Shown piece after piece: positions 55,402 to 56,011 of a DNA stretch of 56,011 nt. The first letter of the stretch is position 1. The number at the start of each line of letters is the position of its first letter. The notes beneath the pieces were generated by a model that saw only the letters and a list, made by a program, of their open reading frames with translations, was not told the DNA's origin and searched no databases. This DNA comes from a virus (Duplodnaviria; Caudoviricetes). The stretch is from IMG/VR virus record IMGVR_UViG_3300045911_000087, positions 1 to 56,011 of that record; one strand, written 5' to 3'. A program made the position numbers and the translations under genes.

Positions 55402-55453
55402 TTTTTTCTTCCTCCTTCTGGAATACCTAGTTAATAGAGTGGGAGGAAAACAA

Positions 55454-55850
55454 ATGTTAAAGAAGACTATTTTGATTTTTACTATTTTTGCCCTGCTTGC
55501 CGCAGGGTATTTTTGTCTCCCCAAATATACCGCCGAAGTTTGTCGAAGAAAGCAATTCGTAGTGGATAGAGACTTCGTGTCTATGCGAAAGTCGCTGTCT
55601 CAAGGTCGATTTGAGGAAGAAATATTGCGTGCAAACAACGCAACTATGATACAAAAAAGCTGGATTGATAAAGGGTTTCACATCGAAAGACCCCTGAGAA
55701 AAGACAGATATTGGGAGTTTAATGGGGTTTTGCAGGCTAAAGTGAGCGTCAATGATCCCCGAACCGGGCAAATGACGGTAGACTTGCAACATAAAGTCTT
55801 AGTGACGCCCGAACAAATTGATTTAGAGGCAACCGTTCCCAGAAATCTAG
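55454..55850 (+). pseudogene. Membrane-anchored hypothetical protein, probably interrupted by element 3; end approximate
   Basis: N-terminal TM helix; the ORF's 3' part is antisense to a tnpB tail. Confidence 0.45.
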
Positions 55851-55890
55851 GGAAATCTGGGTTTGACGAAATCACTCCTGTTCTCTGCCG

Positions 55891-56010
55891 TTATACGCAA
55901 AGAACCTTCAATGGATTGACCCGTACTGGCATTGCGGCAATGCTCCTATCGGGGAAAGTCTCGTAGACTTTATCCCCGATTACTTTTCGCCCTATGTTGA
56001 GCGACCCATT
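55891..56010 (-). CDS. tnpB: C-terminus of a third, different-clade TnpB (partial)
   Basis: Minus strand reads NGSLNIGRKVIGD...DRSIAAMPVRVNPLKVLCV*, matching the TnpB (D)xNGSLNI RuvC-III tail. Confidence 0.7.
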   Translation of the reverse strand, partial: NGSLNIGRKVIGDKVYETFPDRSIAAMPVRVNPLKVLCV

Positions 56011-56011
56011 C

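Noticed and set aside
55401-55524. ORF-track extension of rmlA
   Set aside because: The family start MKGVILAGG has its own SD (GGAGG), and the extension overlaps a divergent gene.
1-56011. tRNA or rRNA genes
   Set aside because: No cloverleaf found by eye; the GGTTCGA hits lie inside coding sequence. tRNAscan-SE would be decisive.

Overview
This is a 56-kb segment of a large, T4-like (contractile-tailed, probably jumbo) phage genome in standard genetic code. It carries a repeat-rich Ser/Ala/Gly virion protein cut by the left edge, a gp47/gp46 (Mre11/Rad50) pair split by two glycosyltransferase-like genes, class II RNR, CTP synthase, a class II GATase, a Hjc-like resolvase and a GP88-like protein. 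A more GC-rich, sigma70-promoted minus-strand block encodes an ART-HD fusion, a vWA/metallopeptidase, a MoxR-like ATPase and a ParB-like protein. The tail/neck module has gp26/gp51-like, tube x3, sheath, gp15-, gp14- and gp13-like genes plus a gp55-like late sigma. Nudix, UDG-4 and RmlA lie near the right end. Two related IS200/IS605 elements (18471-21004, 43980-45877) have intact tnpB and independently broken tnpA, and a third tnpB tail sits at the right edge. Most notable observations: (i) a covarying multi-arm left-end structure with tandem-GA hairpins in both IS elements; (ii) a set of genes sharing a TA(A/G/T)ATA-N4-5-ATG late-promoter signature and a T4 internal-protein-like capsid-targeting motif, including a sigma-like protein and a GP88-like enzyme; (iii) a -1 slippery site joining gp26-like to gp51-like; (iv) an ART+HD fusion. 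All protein assignments come from motif recognition by eye; no searches were run.
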